A stretch of 64,000 bases of DNA. It comes from an uncultured Poribacteria bacterium (GTDB taxonomy: Bacteria > Poribacteria > WGA-4E > WGA-3G). This document shows, in pieces, positions 30,451-39,163 of the stretch. The stretch is taken from assembly GCA_951813565.1 (NCBI GenBank), contig OX638351.1, positions 3,968,001 through 4,032,000 of the forward strand, read 5' to 3'. Positions within the stretch are counted from its first letter, which is position 1, and each line of letters opens with the position of its first letter. A model generated the notes under the pieces. It saw only the letters and a list, made by a program, of their open reading frames with translations, was not told the DNA's origin and ran no database searches. The translations under genes and the position numbers were made by a program.

Positions 30451-31413
30451 TTAATTTGGTATAATGCGATACTGTCCGTGTCCGAATGCTGTGTGATGCC
30501 CGATGTGTAAATACTCGCCAAGATAGATGAACGGCAGGAACGGTGTCAACTCACCCGTAAAGCGAACCTTCCCGATAAACCCATCCATCGGAATAGAACT
30601 CTCTGCACGATAAGAGTAACGGTTGGACTTGAGCCAGCGGAAACGGGATTCGTGTGTAATAGCACGTGCAGCATCAATCAATGCATGTGCGTCCACATCT
30701 AAATCCTCTCTACAATGAAAATAACTCAAAAAACGGATACGTCTGAGAAGGTTGCGGATAAGATGTTCAAATGTTAACGCGCTTGTCCATCGACCATCAA
30801 CCTTTATACTGGTCGGTGTGAGAAATTCGAGTTCAATTGCATCGCGGTTCTGAGGTGTGCCTTCCAATACATCTGCCAACCCAAGAATAATGCCATCATC
30901 AGCGAGCATCTCAGTTTCTGCGGTGTAAATCGTCTGGCTGTTAGGGCTGCCATGCACTGAGAGGCTTTCGATCTTGTCAAGAAGACACTGCCCGCGCTTG
31001 TCTCGTATACCGATGCGCCGTTTACCTATCTCACGGAAGGTAAACGCTATCCACGGCAACAGGTTGATCGCCTCTCCAATGAGTGTCATACTGCAGACGA
31101 AGGTGTCGTCTGGTGCAAAGTCTGTTTTCTCGGTGTGCGGCGGTTGTAGGATGAACGGATGCGGCGCATAGGGCTGTCCGCGTAGGATGGGACTGTCGGG
31201 TGGAACTGGTGTTTCAAAGCATTTGGAATAGATACACCGATTTGGATGTTGACACTTTTGTTCACACGTTTGCGTTTCTCCGATGCATGCGATGTGGCGG
31301 AGCAGGTATCCGAATCGACTGCGGAAGATGTTGCCTTTGTAGCGTGACATCTTCAGTGGTTCTTGGGCGGTATAGGTGAAGCGGTAGCGGGCAAAGCGGA
31401 AGTTTTTGAGCAT
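30451..31413 (-). CDS. cas6: CRISPR pre-crRNA processing endoribonuclease Cas6
   Basis: Motifs PHPF, FLTPT, and C-terminal G-rich loop GEYLHIGHHTAFGHGQY. Confidence 0.92.
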   Translation of the reverse strand: MLKNFRFARYRFTYTAQEPLKMSRYKGNIFRSRFGYLLRHIACIGETQTCEQKCQHPNRCIYSKCFETPVPPDSPILRGQPYAPHPFILQPPHTEKTDFAPDDTFVCSMTLIGEAINLLPWIAFTFREIGKRRIGIRDKRGQCLLDKIESLSVHGSPNSQTIYTAETEMLADDGIILGLADVLEGTPQNRDAIELEFLTPTSIKVDGRWTSALTFEHLIRNLLRRIRFLSYFHCREDLDVDAHALIDAARAITHESRFRWLKSNRYSYRAESSIPMDGFIGKVRFTGELTPFLPFIYLGEYLHIGHHTAFGHGQYRIIPN

Positions 31414-32864
31414 TATGGAAGTGGCGCGATGAATTGATGTTGTTTGTTAAAGTCGTCAGCATCAATACATGCAATCTTTTGTGCCTTCTTGAATTGTTCT
31501 TCAACAGTTGTTTTAAAGGCTTTGAATTCTTTGCTACTGATCATACGCATACCATGTGCGTAGATACTTTGATTCCTCGTTCCCACTTGATTTTGAAACT
31601 TTCCCCAGTCCAAGCCTTGAACAATTTTATCGTCGAGAGCGTGTAATAAAAGGTATCCGTCAACCAATCCAATGGAGGCAGGAAGAGCAGATCTATCTGT
31701 GCGTTGGAAAACTTCCTTCAATTTAGCCGCATACAGATTGAAAATTTCACCCTCATCAATATTAGAATAATTCGGTTTACGAGTATCAATATTGTACCCT
31801 GCAAGACGGTGTTGTTCGATCCACTCAAGAAGCCGATAGAGAATCAGGCAGGCGGTGTTGAGTTTTCCTTGTGCTTCTCGACGGAGTGCATTGTGATAGA
31901 GCATAAACGCAAAGTGAAACCCATTAGGAGCATTGAGTGCCAGTTTTTCATTTTTGAGAAACATCAGTAAAGCTTCCAGTGCTTTTATGTGTTTTTCAAT
32001 GCAAACTTTACAATCTCGGAGTGGATTTAATCCATCTAACATATTATATTGATCAAGAATCTTTACCAACCGTTCTAAGAAAGTTTTTGCTTTGCCAACA
32101 TCAAGATTATCCCAAGCCTCGTATGCTGTGCATAGGTATTCATAAGCCTCGTAGGTTTTGGCTTTGTTGGCATCTCCTACTAATGATTTCAGTAGCTGAA
32201 ATATTCGCAGTGCCCCTGCGTAATCATGCCTTTCGTATAGGTCTCTTGCTTTCTCAACCTCTAAATCACCAAATACGGTATAAGGATTATCCAAAAGATT
32301 TAGATACTCACTACACGGTTCAGGTTTTCCATGCGTAAATTTGGTATTATCAACGTAAAATATAGCAGCACCGAGTACTGCACCCGCCATTGCTGCACCA
32401 CCAACCATTGACTTTTTCCCGCCTGTGATATCCACAGCAATATTCGTAGGACGTTTCCACTTTTCATAGAGTTCCATGATTGCTTTGTAAACATCCACAG
32501 CACTACTTCCGTCAATTTCGAGTGTATCAAGTTGGTCAAGCGTTAATTTTGTTTCATCTTGGATTCGTGGCAGTAATCTTTCTGTTTCCTTCGTGTAAAG
32601 CAAACCAACCCGTTCCGGTTTTATGGCGAGGATAGAAAGAATCAACGGTTCAGGGGAATATCCAAGGGGTAAGATGAGTCCTTCGTATTCCTTGTCTTGG
32701 CTATTATCTGGGTTATCGACAAATGCTTTTTTGACAAACGGGAAAATGTGTTCATCATAGAAAACAGATGCTGCTGCTTTCTCTTCGTGACTGTTATAGT
32801 CCATTTTCTTCCATTCCTCAACGAGTGCATCAAATTCTTCTTGAGTAAATATCTCTTTTGGCAT
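31413..32864 (-). CDS. CARF-HEPN cOA-activated ribonuclease effector (Csm6/Csx1-like, TIGR02710-type)
   Basis: LG.SPEP and VDITGGKKSM (CARF); YRLLEW..Q.RL; RNQSIYAHG (HEPN R-x-H). Confidence 0.85.
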   Translation of the reverse strand: MPKEIFTQEEFDALVEEWKKMDYNSHEEKAAASVFYDEHIFPFVKKAFVDNPDNSQDKEYEGLILPLGYSPEPLILSILAIKPERVGLLYTKETERLLPRIQDETKLTLDQLDTLEIDGSSAVDVYKAIMELYEKWKRPTNIAVDITGGKKSMVGGAAMAGAVLGAAIFYVDNTKFTHGKPEPCSEYLNLLDNPYTVFGDLEVEKARDLYERHDYAGALRIFQLLKSLVGDANKAKTYEAYEYLCTAYEAWDNLDVGKAKTFLERLVKILDQYNMLDGLNPLRDCKVCIEKHIKALEALLMFLKNEKLALNAPNGFHFAFMLYHNALRREAQGKLNTACLILYRLLEWIEQHRLAGYNIDTRKPNYSNIDEGEIFNLYAAKLKEVFQRTDRSALPASIGLVDGYLLLHALDDKIVQGLDWGKFQNQVGTRNQSIYAHGMRMISSKEFKAFKTTVEEQFKKAQKIACIDADDFNKQHQFIAPLP

Positions 32865-32889
32865 GTTATTTTCTCCTTTTTTACAGGTA

Positions 32890-33519
32890 TTATGCAGGAA
32901 CCACCTCTTTAATATTGCCATTGTCATCCACCGAAGTCACCTTTACATTTACTTCATCACCGACATTTTTTAGAAAATATCCAGTTTTAAAAACGATTTC
33001 TTGTTTATCGTCAGTTTGTAATTCCACGGTCACCTTACCGACCTGTTTTTTCAATACCTTTGCCTTGAGTTTAGTGCCTTGAATATACTTCGGTTTGGGT
33101 TTTTCTTCTGGCAGTGGAAGGGGTATAAACTTCGGTTTCTCTTCCAGTGGTTCTTGTTTCTGTTCTTGCGGACGTTGCTCCTCAGTTGCGCGTTTGGGTT
33201 CAACACGATAGTAACGCATCAACCGCAGACTCCAACCCAGTATAAGTAAAAGTTCAGTTGTGTCTTCTATGTCATGGAGATGTTCTTCAAAGCTTTCTTG
33301 TATGTTCCGATAGAATCGCTGTGTCTGATGGCTTCGGATTAGTGCGTTACGGGTGCTTGACAAGCGTTGAACCAACGATGTCAATCTATCTTTTATATCA
33401 CTCTCTGCCTTGTTCTGCCGCACAAAAGCAATGACTTTCCCCAACTCATTCGGGTCAGTGCCTCTGTCAACTAATTCAAAAGCAATGTCATGAGCACTAG
33501 ACCACTGTTTTTCTTCCAT
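32890..33519 (-). CDS. Uncharacterised CRISPR-associated protein (helical N-domain, Pro/Glu/Lys linker, S1/OB-like C-terminus)
   Basis: Within the cas operon; GGAGG RBS. Confidence 0.6.
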   Translation of the reverse strand: MEEKQWSSAHDIAFELVDRGTDPNELGKVIAFVRQNKAESDIKDRLTSLVQRLSSTRNALIRSHQTQRFYRNIQESFEEHLHDIEDTTELLLILGWSLRLMRYYRVEPKRATEEQRPQEQKQEPLEEKPKFIPLPLPEEKPKPKYIQGTKLKAKVLKKQVGKVTVELQTDDKQEIVFKTGYFLKNVGDEVNVKVTSVDDNGNIKEVVPA

Positions 33520-33531
33520 TAGATGCCTCCG

Positions 33532-34521
33532 TTAGTATAACCCAGTAGGGCAGTTGCGGTCATTTGGATACTTGAGGATCTGTGCAAGTTGGGACAATAA
33601 TTCCTGCTGGATGAGTCTACCAGTTTCGGCATCGTTCACACACGTCTGCATCCACGTTTCCAATTCTTCATTTGTCCTTGAAGTATCTTGAGGAACATCC
33701 CAATTCAAGTAGCGGGAACCAGTATGTTGTTGAACTTGTATCTCATCAATCTGGAAATCAATTGACCCGAAACAGACAGGTTTCGCTCCACCGATTTTGA
33801 GTTTAAACGAATGTTCTGGATGATGTCCTAACGCTGTAAAGAGTAGTCCCCACTCGGACTGTTTAAGGTTGTCCACTTGCATAACGAAGCGGAATTGTGT
33901 TTCTTTTTCACACGCTTCAACGGGTGTGCTGCCAGTAGCCACTTCACCGTGCATGTAAAACTTACGTCCCGGTACCTCCCGCATACTTCTTTGTCCTCGT
34001 CCTGGCGCATAGAGTTCAGGGACATGTTTTGTAACGATGTCTCCTTCTATTCTGGGAGCATCTTGTATAGAAATGTTTCCTTGAAACCCCATTGCACCAA
34101 ACATTCTGCAGGCTACGCACAAGTTTTCTTTCTGTCGACATTCAGAAAACCATCTCGGCATTGCGCGACGGACTTGGGTCGAAACTTTACTGAGACAGCT
34201 TTCAGAGATTGCTTCAACAACACTTCGGATTGCTCCTTTGAGTGAACTTCCGGGAATTACGATGTTGCCGCCAGTTTTCACTGCTGTTTTAATGAGTTCT
34301 ACATCATCACCGATGTCTATAATGCCACTGCCGATATATATTGGCGTGAGTGCTTTAATAGTGCCGTGAATCCTACCTGTTGTGCGGTTATGTTGGTAAC
34401 GGTCATGTCTGGTAGGTCTATCTCTCTTGACACTACTCGGTAACTGTACAAAAGCAAAAGGTTTTGGTGCTGCTTGTTCTTCTTGTCTGCCGCCAGAGCC
34501 ACCGCGTTGGTATTGTCCCAT
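33532..34521 (-). CDS. cas7: Cas7-group RAMP subunit
   Basis: PKPF.FV, LTPIYIGSG, IPGSSLKGAIRS..EAIS.SC, GRKFY.H, IGGAKP..FG. Confidence 0.88.
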   Translation of the reverse strand: MGQYQRGGSGGRQEEQAAPKPFAFVQLPSSVKRDRPTRHDRYQHNRTTGRIHGTIKALTPIYIGSGIIDIGDDVELIKTAVKTGGNIVIPGSSLKGAIRSVVEAISESCLSKVSTQVRRAMPRWFSECRQKENLCVACRMFGAMGFQGNISIQDAPRIEGDIVTKHVPELYAPGRGQRSMREVPGRKFYMHGEVATGSTPVEACEKETQFRFVMQVDNLKQSEWGLLFTALGHHPEHSFKLKIGGAKPVCFGSIDFQIDEIQVQQHTGSRYLNWDVPQDTSRTNEELETWMQTCVNDAETGRLIQQELLSQLAQILKYPNDRNCPTGLY

Positions 34522-34525
34522 AATT

Positions 34526-35020
34526 TTAGTCTCCTGATTTCTGCACAAATTTGGTGTATCGTGTGAAATGGATAGTCTGAGACTTACGTTCTTTGTATTG
34601 GATTACCTTGACACATGGATATTTACACCAATCCATTGGATAATCAAGTTTTCGGGGTATACGTGTGTCTCGCCACGGTTTTGTTTCACCACCACCGAGT
34701 AGATATATGTTTTGGGGATGAGTTGTCTCCCATTTGCCTTGTTCAGTAAAACCTTCCGGTAAGGTGTCTTCAGATAACCAAAGCAAAGTGTAACCGGTGT
34801 TGGTCTTTTGCCATCGGAGTTCGGCTTGACTCCCAAATAACCTGCCGCGTGAGAACTTCTCAATCTTGGCAGTGTCTGGTGTGCCTTTTTTCCAATTGGT
34901 GATTTTATTGGGTCTTTGAAGTAAGTAGTATTTAGTCTCACCAAATTGTAGACATTTTAATAGGTCATTGAGTGCTGACACATCAGTCACCTGTCTTGTA
35001 GCGACGATTGCTTTTCCCAT
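34526..35020 (-). CDS. csx19: Csx19-family type III-D subunit
   Basis: GRLF...AELRW motif, C-terminal FTRY; typical III-D position. Confidence 0.7.
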   Translation of the reverse strand: MGKAIVATRQVTDVSALNDLLKCLQFGETKYYLLQRPNKITNWKKGTPDTAKIEKFSRGRLFGSQAELRWQKTNTGYTLLWLSEDTLPEGFTEQGKWETTHPQNIYLLGGGETKPWRDTRIPRKLDYPMDWCKYPCVKVIQYKERKSQTIHFTRYTKFVQKSGD

Positions 35021-35021
35021 G

Positions 35022-35951
35022 TTACTGATCCTCTTCAAAGATGTTTCGCCATGAATTGACACATCCACGCCATAATGCTGAGATGTCACCCTCGTCTTCA
35101 AATGTCAACGTTGCACCGAGCCCGTAGGCATCTGGTTGTGCTTCGACTCCCTCCACTTCAACGGTATCGGACTCTGGAAATCCATAGGCATCTGCATCGT
35201 TGACAAGTTTTCCAGCACCTGCAACGACGTTCTTGTTGAATGGATCAACAGGATTTCCCAGCATACGCACCTGTTCGTTTCCTACAATGGCGGTTGGGTA
35301 GTGGATTTCAACTTTATTGACTTTCATGTTCACCTGTCCTAAACCGCGCGATTTTGCGAAACCGATGCCGATACGTTGTTCGTCAAAATCACGGATTGCC
35401 AGTGCGATGAGTGCGAGTTGTGAAGTTGTGAAGTTTTTTAAGTTTATTGTCGTCGTGAATGTTCCGGCAGTCAACACCTGAAAGTTGAATAAAGCACCGG
35501 GGACAGCAGAACCAAAGATGCGATCAATTGCGACGCCGTTTCGCTCCTCTAACTTTATTTCTGATGGGTCAACAGGATAGGCATCAGTAATATTTGCCCG
35601 TGCGGAGATGTTTGTGCTACCGAAGATTTGACATATCGTGCATGTCCTTCTGTAGAGAGTAGCACTGTTTTCCTCCTCCAGATTTCTACATGGTGAGTTT
35701 CGCTTTACAGGATCACATGCTGAAACATTTCCACCAAGAGTCCGGACAATTCGTTCACAATGTGCGCGTATTGCACCTTTCAGAGAGGAACCGGGTAGAT
35801 AAACGCTTCTATCGCCACCATAGTACGTCTCCACGAACTCCATGTCAGGCTTTGTTGGGTCTGCCCCTTGGTCGCTTGCTTTGATAAGCAGGGGTCCGAC
35901 AGGAGAGATTGTTATTTTGATTTTCGCTTGATTAACCATCCGTTTGTGCAT
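35022..35951 (-). CDS. cas7: Cas7-group RAMP (Csm3-like)
   Basis: YLPGSSLKGAIRAH.ERI, C..C.IFG, RNGVAIDR..G, G.AKSRGLG. Confidence 0.9.
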   Translation of the reverse strand: MHKRMVNQAKIKITISPVGPLLIKASDQGADPTKPDMEFVETYYGGDRSVYLPGSSLKGAIRAHCERIVRTLGGNVSACDPVKRNSPCRNLEEENSATLYRRTCTICQIFGSTNISARANITDAYPVDPSEIKLEERNGVAIDRIFGSAVPGALFNFQVLTAGTFTTTINLKNFTTSQLALIALAIRDFDEQRIGIGFAKSRGLGQVNMKVNKVEIHYPTAIVGNEQVRMLGNPVDPFNKNVVAGAGKLVNDADAYGFPESDTVEVEGVEAQPDAYGLGATLTFEDEGDISALWRGCVNSWRNIFEEDQ

Positions 35952-36762
35952 CTGTTCCCTCCAATTGCTTATCTATTCTGTCTTTAAATGCCTCTATCCA
36001 CGATTCCCAGTTTGCATCGTCGCCTTTATCGTCTTTGGTAAGATAATCCATAATTTTTGTCTTGTCAATGTAGTGTGCGGAGTCCAGCGTTAGTGTGATA
36101 ACACCGAGTCCACGACTACTTGCGCCGCCGATAGTCAAATCGCCTTTCTCAAAAGCAGATAATCCCAAGTATAGCATACCGAGTTGCCAATCGGTTGCGT
36201 TGTCAACGATTGCATGGAAATCGAATGGTGTGCCTGCGGGAACAACCTCAAAATCGTAGAGGTGACCACTGACGGCGGTTTCAGTATCACGGTCAATTGC
36301 GACACCGTCCCTTTGTTGATACTGACCAAACCATAGGTCTTCTTGCACGTATAGGTCGCGGACCTGAAGCTTTGAGGCATACCATAAGGAACCGAAGAGT
36401 TTGCACACCCAGCATGTTTTGCTAAGCAGTTTCGCATTATACTTTTGTTCGTTCCAATTGTTATCGTCACGATCATCCTGGAGTTTTTTCATCTCATCTC
36501 TTGTGATACACTGTTCATCATTGTTCGTCGGGTTGCAGACGACTTTTTTATTCTTAGCGAAACTTCGGAGGATGCTTTCTACATAAGACCTTAACACTCC
36601 TTTGAAGCTTGAGCCGGGGATATAGGGAGCACCTTCAGCATCTCGCACAACAGGCAGGTCTGAACCGATAACCGCAGTTGAACGTCCCGCACCGACACGG
36701 ATTGCTGTCTGTGTTTCTACCGTGCCTTTCAGATTGAGTCGGGATTGGAATTTGTGAAACAT
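35932..36762 (-). CDS. cas7: Cas7-group RAMP (Csm3/Csx7-like)
   Basis: PYIPGSSFKGVLRS..E, C.VC.LFGS, RDGVAIDRDT, GG.SSRGLG. Confidence 0.92.
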   Translation of the reverse strand: MFHKFQSRLNLKGTVETQTAIRVGAGRSTAVIGSDLPVVRDAEGAPYIPGSSFKGVLRSYVESILRSFAKNKKVVCNPTNNDEQCITRDEMKKLQDDRDDNNWNEQKYNAKLLSKTCWVCKLFGSLWYASKLQVRDLYVQEDLWFGQYQQRDGVAIDRDTETAVSGHLYDFEVVPAGTPFDFHAIVDNATDWQLGMLYLGLSAFEKGDLTIGGASSRGLGVITLTLDSAHYIDKTKIMDYLTKDDKGDDANWESWIEAFKDRIDKQLEGTDAQTDG

Positions 36763-37226
36763 TAGTTGTTACCCCCTTCTTTCGCCAAATAGACCTGATA
36801 GCGAGCAAGGTTACCTAAGTAAAGCTGCATGAGTCTGAGATGGACTTTCTGAATCTGATCTTTGTTCGGTGGATTATTTGAATCAATAGATTTGACGATA
36901 TTCTCAGCATCAGTGGATAATTCCTCAATCTTTTCTACTAATGCGGTAGCGAAAGTTGTATCTCCATCAGCAGTATCTTGCCACATCCGATTTGCACCTC
37001 TCCGACCGAGTTGATAACGGATGTAGTTTTTGGTGACTTCAATGCCACTTCCTGGGTCTGTTGCGACGTTCAGCACATTGCGGAATGGCGAACGTTCATT
37101 GCTGAGATTATAACTATCCGCTAATTCTTGCATCTTTGGAATGATTTCTTCCATCTGTAAACTGATTGCGCGTTCTATTTTTAGATTGGTTTGTCTTTCA
37201 TCGGTGTTTTTATCTGTTTGGTTCAT
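36762..37226 (-). CDS. cas11: Type III small subunit (Cas11/Csm2-like)
   Basis: Helical 154-aa protein with NYIRYQLGR and W motif, between csx10 and cas7. Confidence 0.7.
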   Translation of the reverse strand: MNQTDKNTDERQTNLKIERAISLQMEEIIPKMQELADSYNLSNERSPFRNVLNVATDPGSGIEVTKNYIRYQLGRRGANRMWQDTADGDTTFATALVEKIEELSTDAENIVKSIDSNNPPNKDQIQKVHLRLMQLYLGNLARYQVYLAKEGGNN

Positions 37227-39163
37227 TCTGTGTTCTCCTTATTGTTGTTCAGTGTGTCTCGTGTGTGAAGGTGAAATGGGTCGCAGATTGTTATCTGTCC
37301 GAATCCTTCTTCACGTCGGTTGCCGATGCCTGTGTTTTCAAGGTTTTGTAATGCGGGTAGCCATGCGTCAATATTCGTTGTGTGAAATACAAAGACACTG
37401 CCGATATTGGTTATGAGTTCCGTTTCTTTAGGCAATCCCCATGCAGCGTTCCAACCGCCTGCATATCCATAACTGGCGAAACTACGGACGCATGCTACTT
37501 CAGTATTACAGGCTACTTCAGTATTACAGGCAGCTATGTCCTGCAACATCCTCTCGGTGAGAACCATACTCCGTTGCCATCCATTTTCTGCTGTTAGAAT
37601 GGCTTCTGATTGTAAGTTGACGGTAAAGTAGCTGCCATCACATTCACCAATACTGGTATTTGATAGACACTTATATGCCTGCCATACTTCTGATAATGCT
37701 TCGTTGAAGTTTTTAATCCGTTCGCTGAGGGGTTCAGAGGACGATTTTTTTCCCACTGCGATGCTGACGTGTCCAAGTCCACGTGAACTTCCGCCACCCA
37801 ATCGCATTACCTTATGCTCTAAGGTCTGTGCGACTTTATCTACGAGTCCGGGTGGCACTCGGACGGAACCGTGTAAAACCACCGGTTTGCTTTCTTTCTC
37901 ATTCTGTGACTCTGCTTTTCCATCTTTCACGATGACAGGATCAATCGCAGTTAGATGATACAGTAGACCTTCCTCAGCGACTTTTCGCTGCCTGTTGATT
38001 GCCACGCGCGTGAGGAGTCGGGTGTTGAGGTGTCTCTCTTTGTGAGAACCGGTTGCATCTTCATAGAATCCACTATGTGATTCCACTCGTCCGCAACACT
38101 CGGGACAATTCGGTTGATACATCCAATCTGCTTTTTCAGAGACGATTCTCTCCATAAGTGTGTCAAAAACACCGTGCTTCCCATCGGCAATAAATCCTGG
38201 TGTATCCTTACAACTTATGGCGGTTGCTGGCAAGACATTTGCGGCGGGTGTGCAGTTTCGGAAGATAGCGGCATCATTCTCAATGAAAATTGTTTTGAAA
38301 TCTGCATCTGGTGTGCTATTCTCTAATTCTGCCAATAGTTCATTTGCAACAGCACCGCGTATCAAGCCACCGCGGATGTAATTGAGTGCTTCTACGGCTT
38401 GTCCGGAAGGTTTGCGTCCCCCCGTGATAATTGGAGATTGTAGTGTAACCTGCAGCGATAGTTCTGTGAAATCATCATTGGTATTTAGCGATTCAGTTTC
38501 AGGCGATTGTGTTTTGGTTTCAGATGGTTGCGGTTCGTGTGTGATGGTTATCCATCCGAGTCCGCGGGTTTTACCTGAGCCGATGGCATGGACGTATTTC
38601 AGTCCTGCAGTGAGGAATTCAATCTGTTTGCCTGTGATGTTGTTGCTCAGTAAGACATCTCCAGAGAATTTAAAGCCTGCGTTTGGGATGCTTGTTTCTG
38701 TGAAATAGAGACGTTGATCTTCTGCGACTCTGCGATTGCGATTGATGGTTACACCGCTCCGGATTGCTGTTGTTTCTATCTCCAAATTTGTATCATGTAT
38801 GAGATCACTGATAAATATTTTTGATTCCGATTTAGGTGAACCGAAAATCTGACAAATGATGCAGTGGTTATCCTGCATTGCTTTAGTATTTTCGTTTACA
38901 AGTTCTTTCTTTGGACGCGGACACATATTCTCGGCTCGCGGACTGTTGCAAACAAAGTGTTTCTTCTCACCTCTGGCAATTGCTTCGCATGCGTGTCGCC
39001 AGATACCTTTAAGTGTTGAAGCAGGGATATAAAGTTTGCCGTCGGTGGTTTTAACGGTTGCCTTATCAGTACCTGTATCGCTGGAGCCGCTATCACCGAT
39101 ACAGAGTGCGGAATCAATTGTGGCTGTGATTTTCCAATGTTTGTTAGTTGTTTGTTTAATCAA
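37223..39163 (-). CDS. csx10: Cas7-Csx10 (Cas5-group) RAMP fusion
   Basis: N-terminal Cas7 (IPASTLKG, C.IC.IFGSP, IGSGKTRGLG), then Csx10 (YIRGGLIRGA, RLGGGSSRGLG, GIGNRREEGFG); start approximate (TTG). Confidence 0.85.
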   Translation of the reverse strand: MIKQTTNKHWKITATIDSALCIGDSGSSDTGTDKATVKTTDGKLYIPASTLKGIWRHACEAIARGEKKHFVCNSPRAENMCPRPKKELVNENTKAMQDNHCIICQIFGSPKSESKIFISDLIHDTNLEIETTAIRSGVTINRNRRVAEDQRLYFTETSIPNAGFKFSGDVLLSNNITGKQIEFLTAGLKYVHAIGSGKTRGLGWITITHEPQPSETKTQSPETESLNTNDDFTELSLQVTLQSPIITGGRKPSGQAVEALNYIRGGLIRGAVANELLAELENSTPDADFKTIFIENDAAIFRNCTPAANVLPATAISCKDTPGFIADGKHGVFDTLMERIVSEKADWMYQPNCPECCGRVESHSGFYEDATGSHKERHLNTRLLTRVAINRQRKVAEEGLLYHLTAIDPVIVKDGKAESQNEKESKPVVLHGSVRVPPGLVDKVAQTLEHKVMRLGGGSSRGLGHVSIAVGKKSSSEPLSERIKNFNEALSEVWQAYKCLSNTSIGECDGSYFTVNLQSEAILTAENGWQRSMVLTERMLQDIAACNTEVACNTEVACVRSFASYGYAGGWNAAWGLPKETELITNIGSVFVFHTTNIDAWLPALQNLENTGIGNRREEGFGQITICDPFHLHTRDTLNNNKENTE

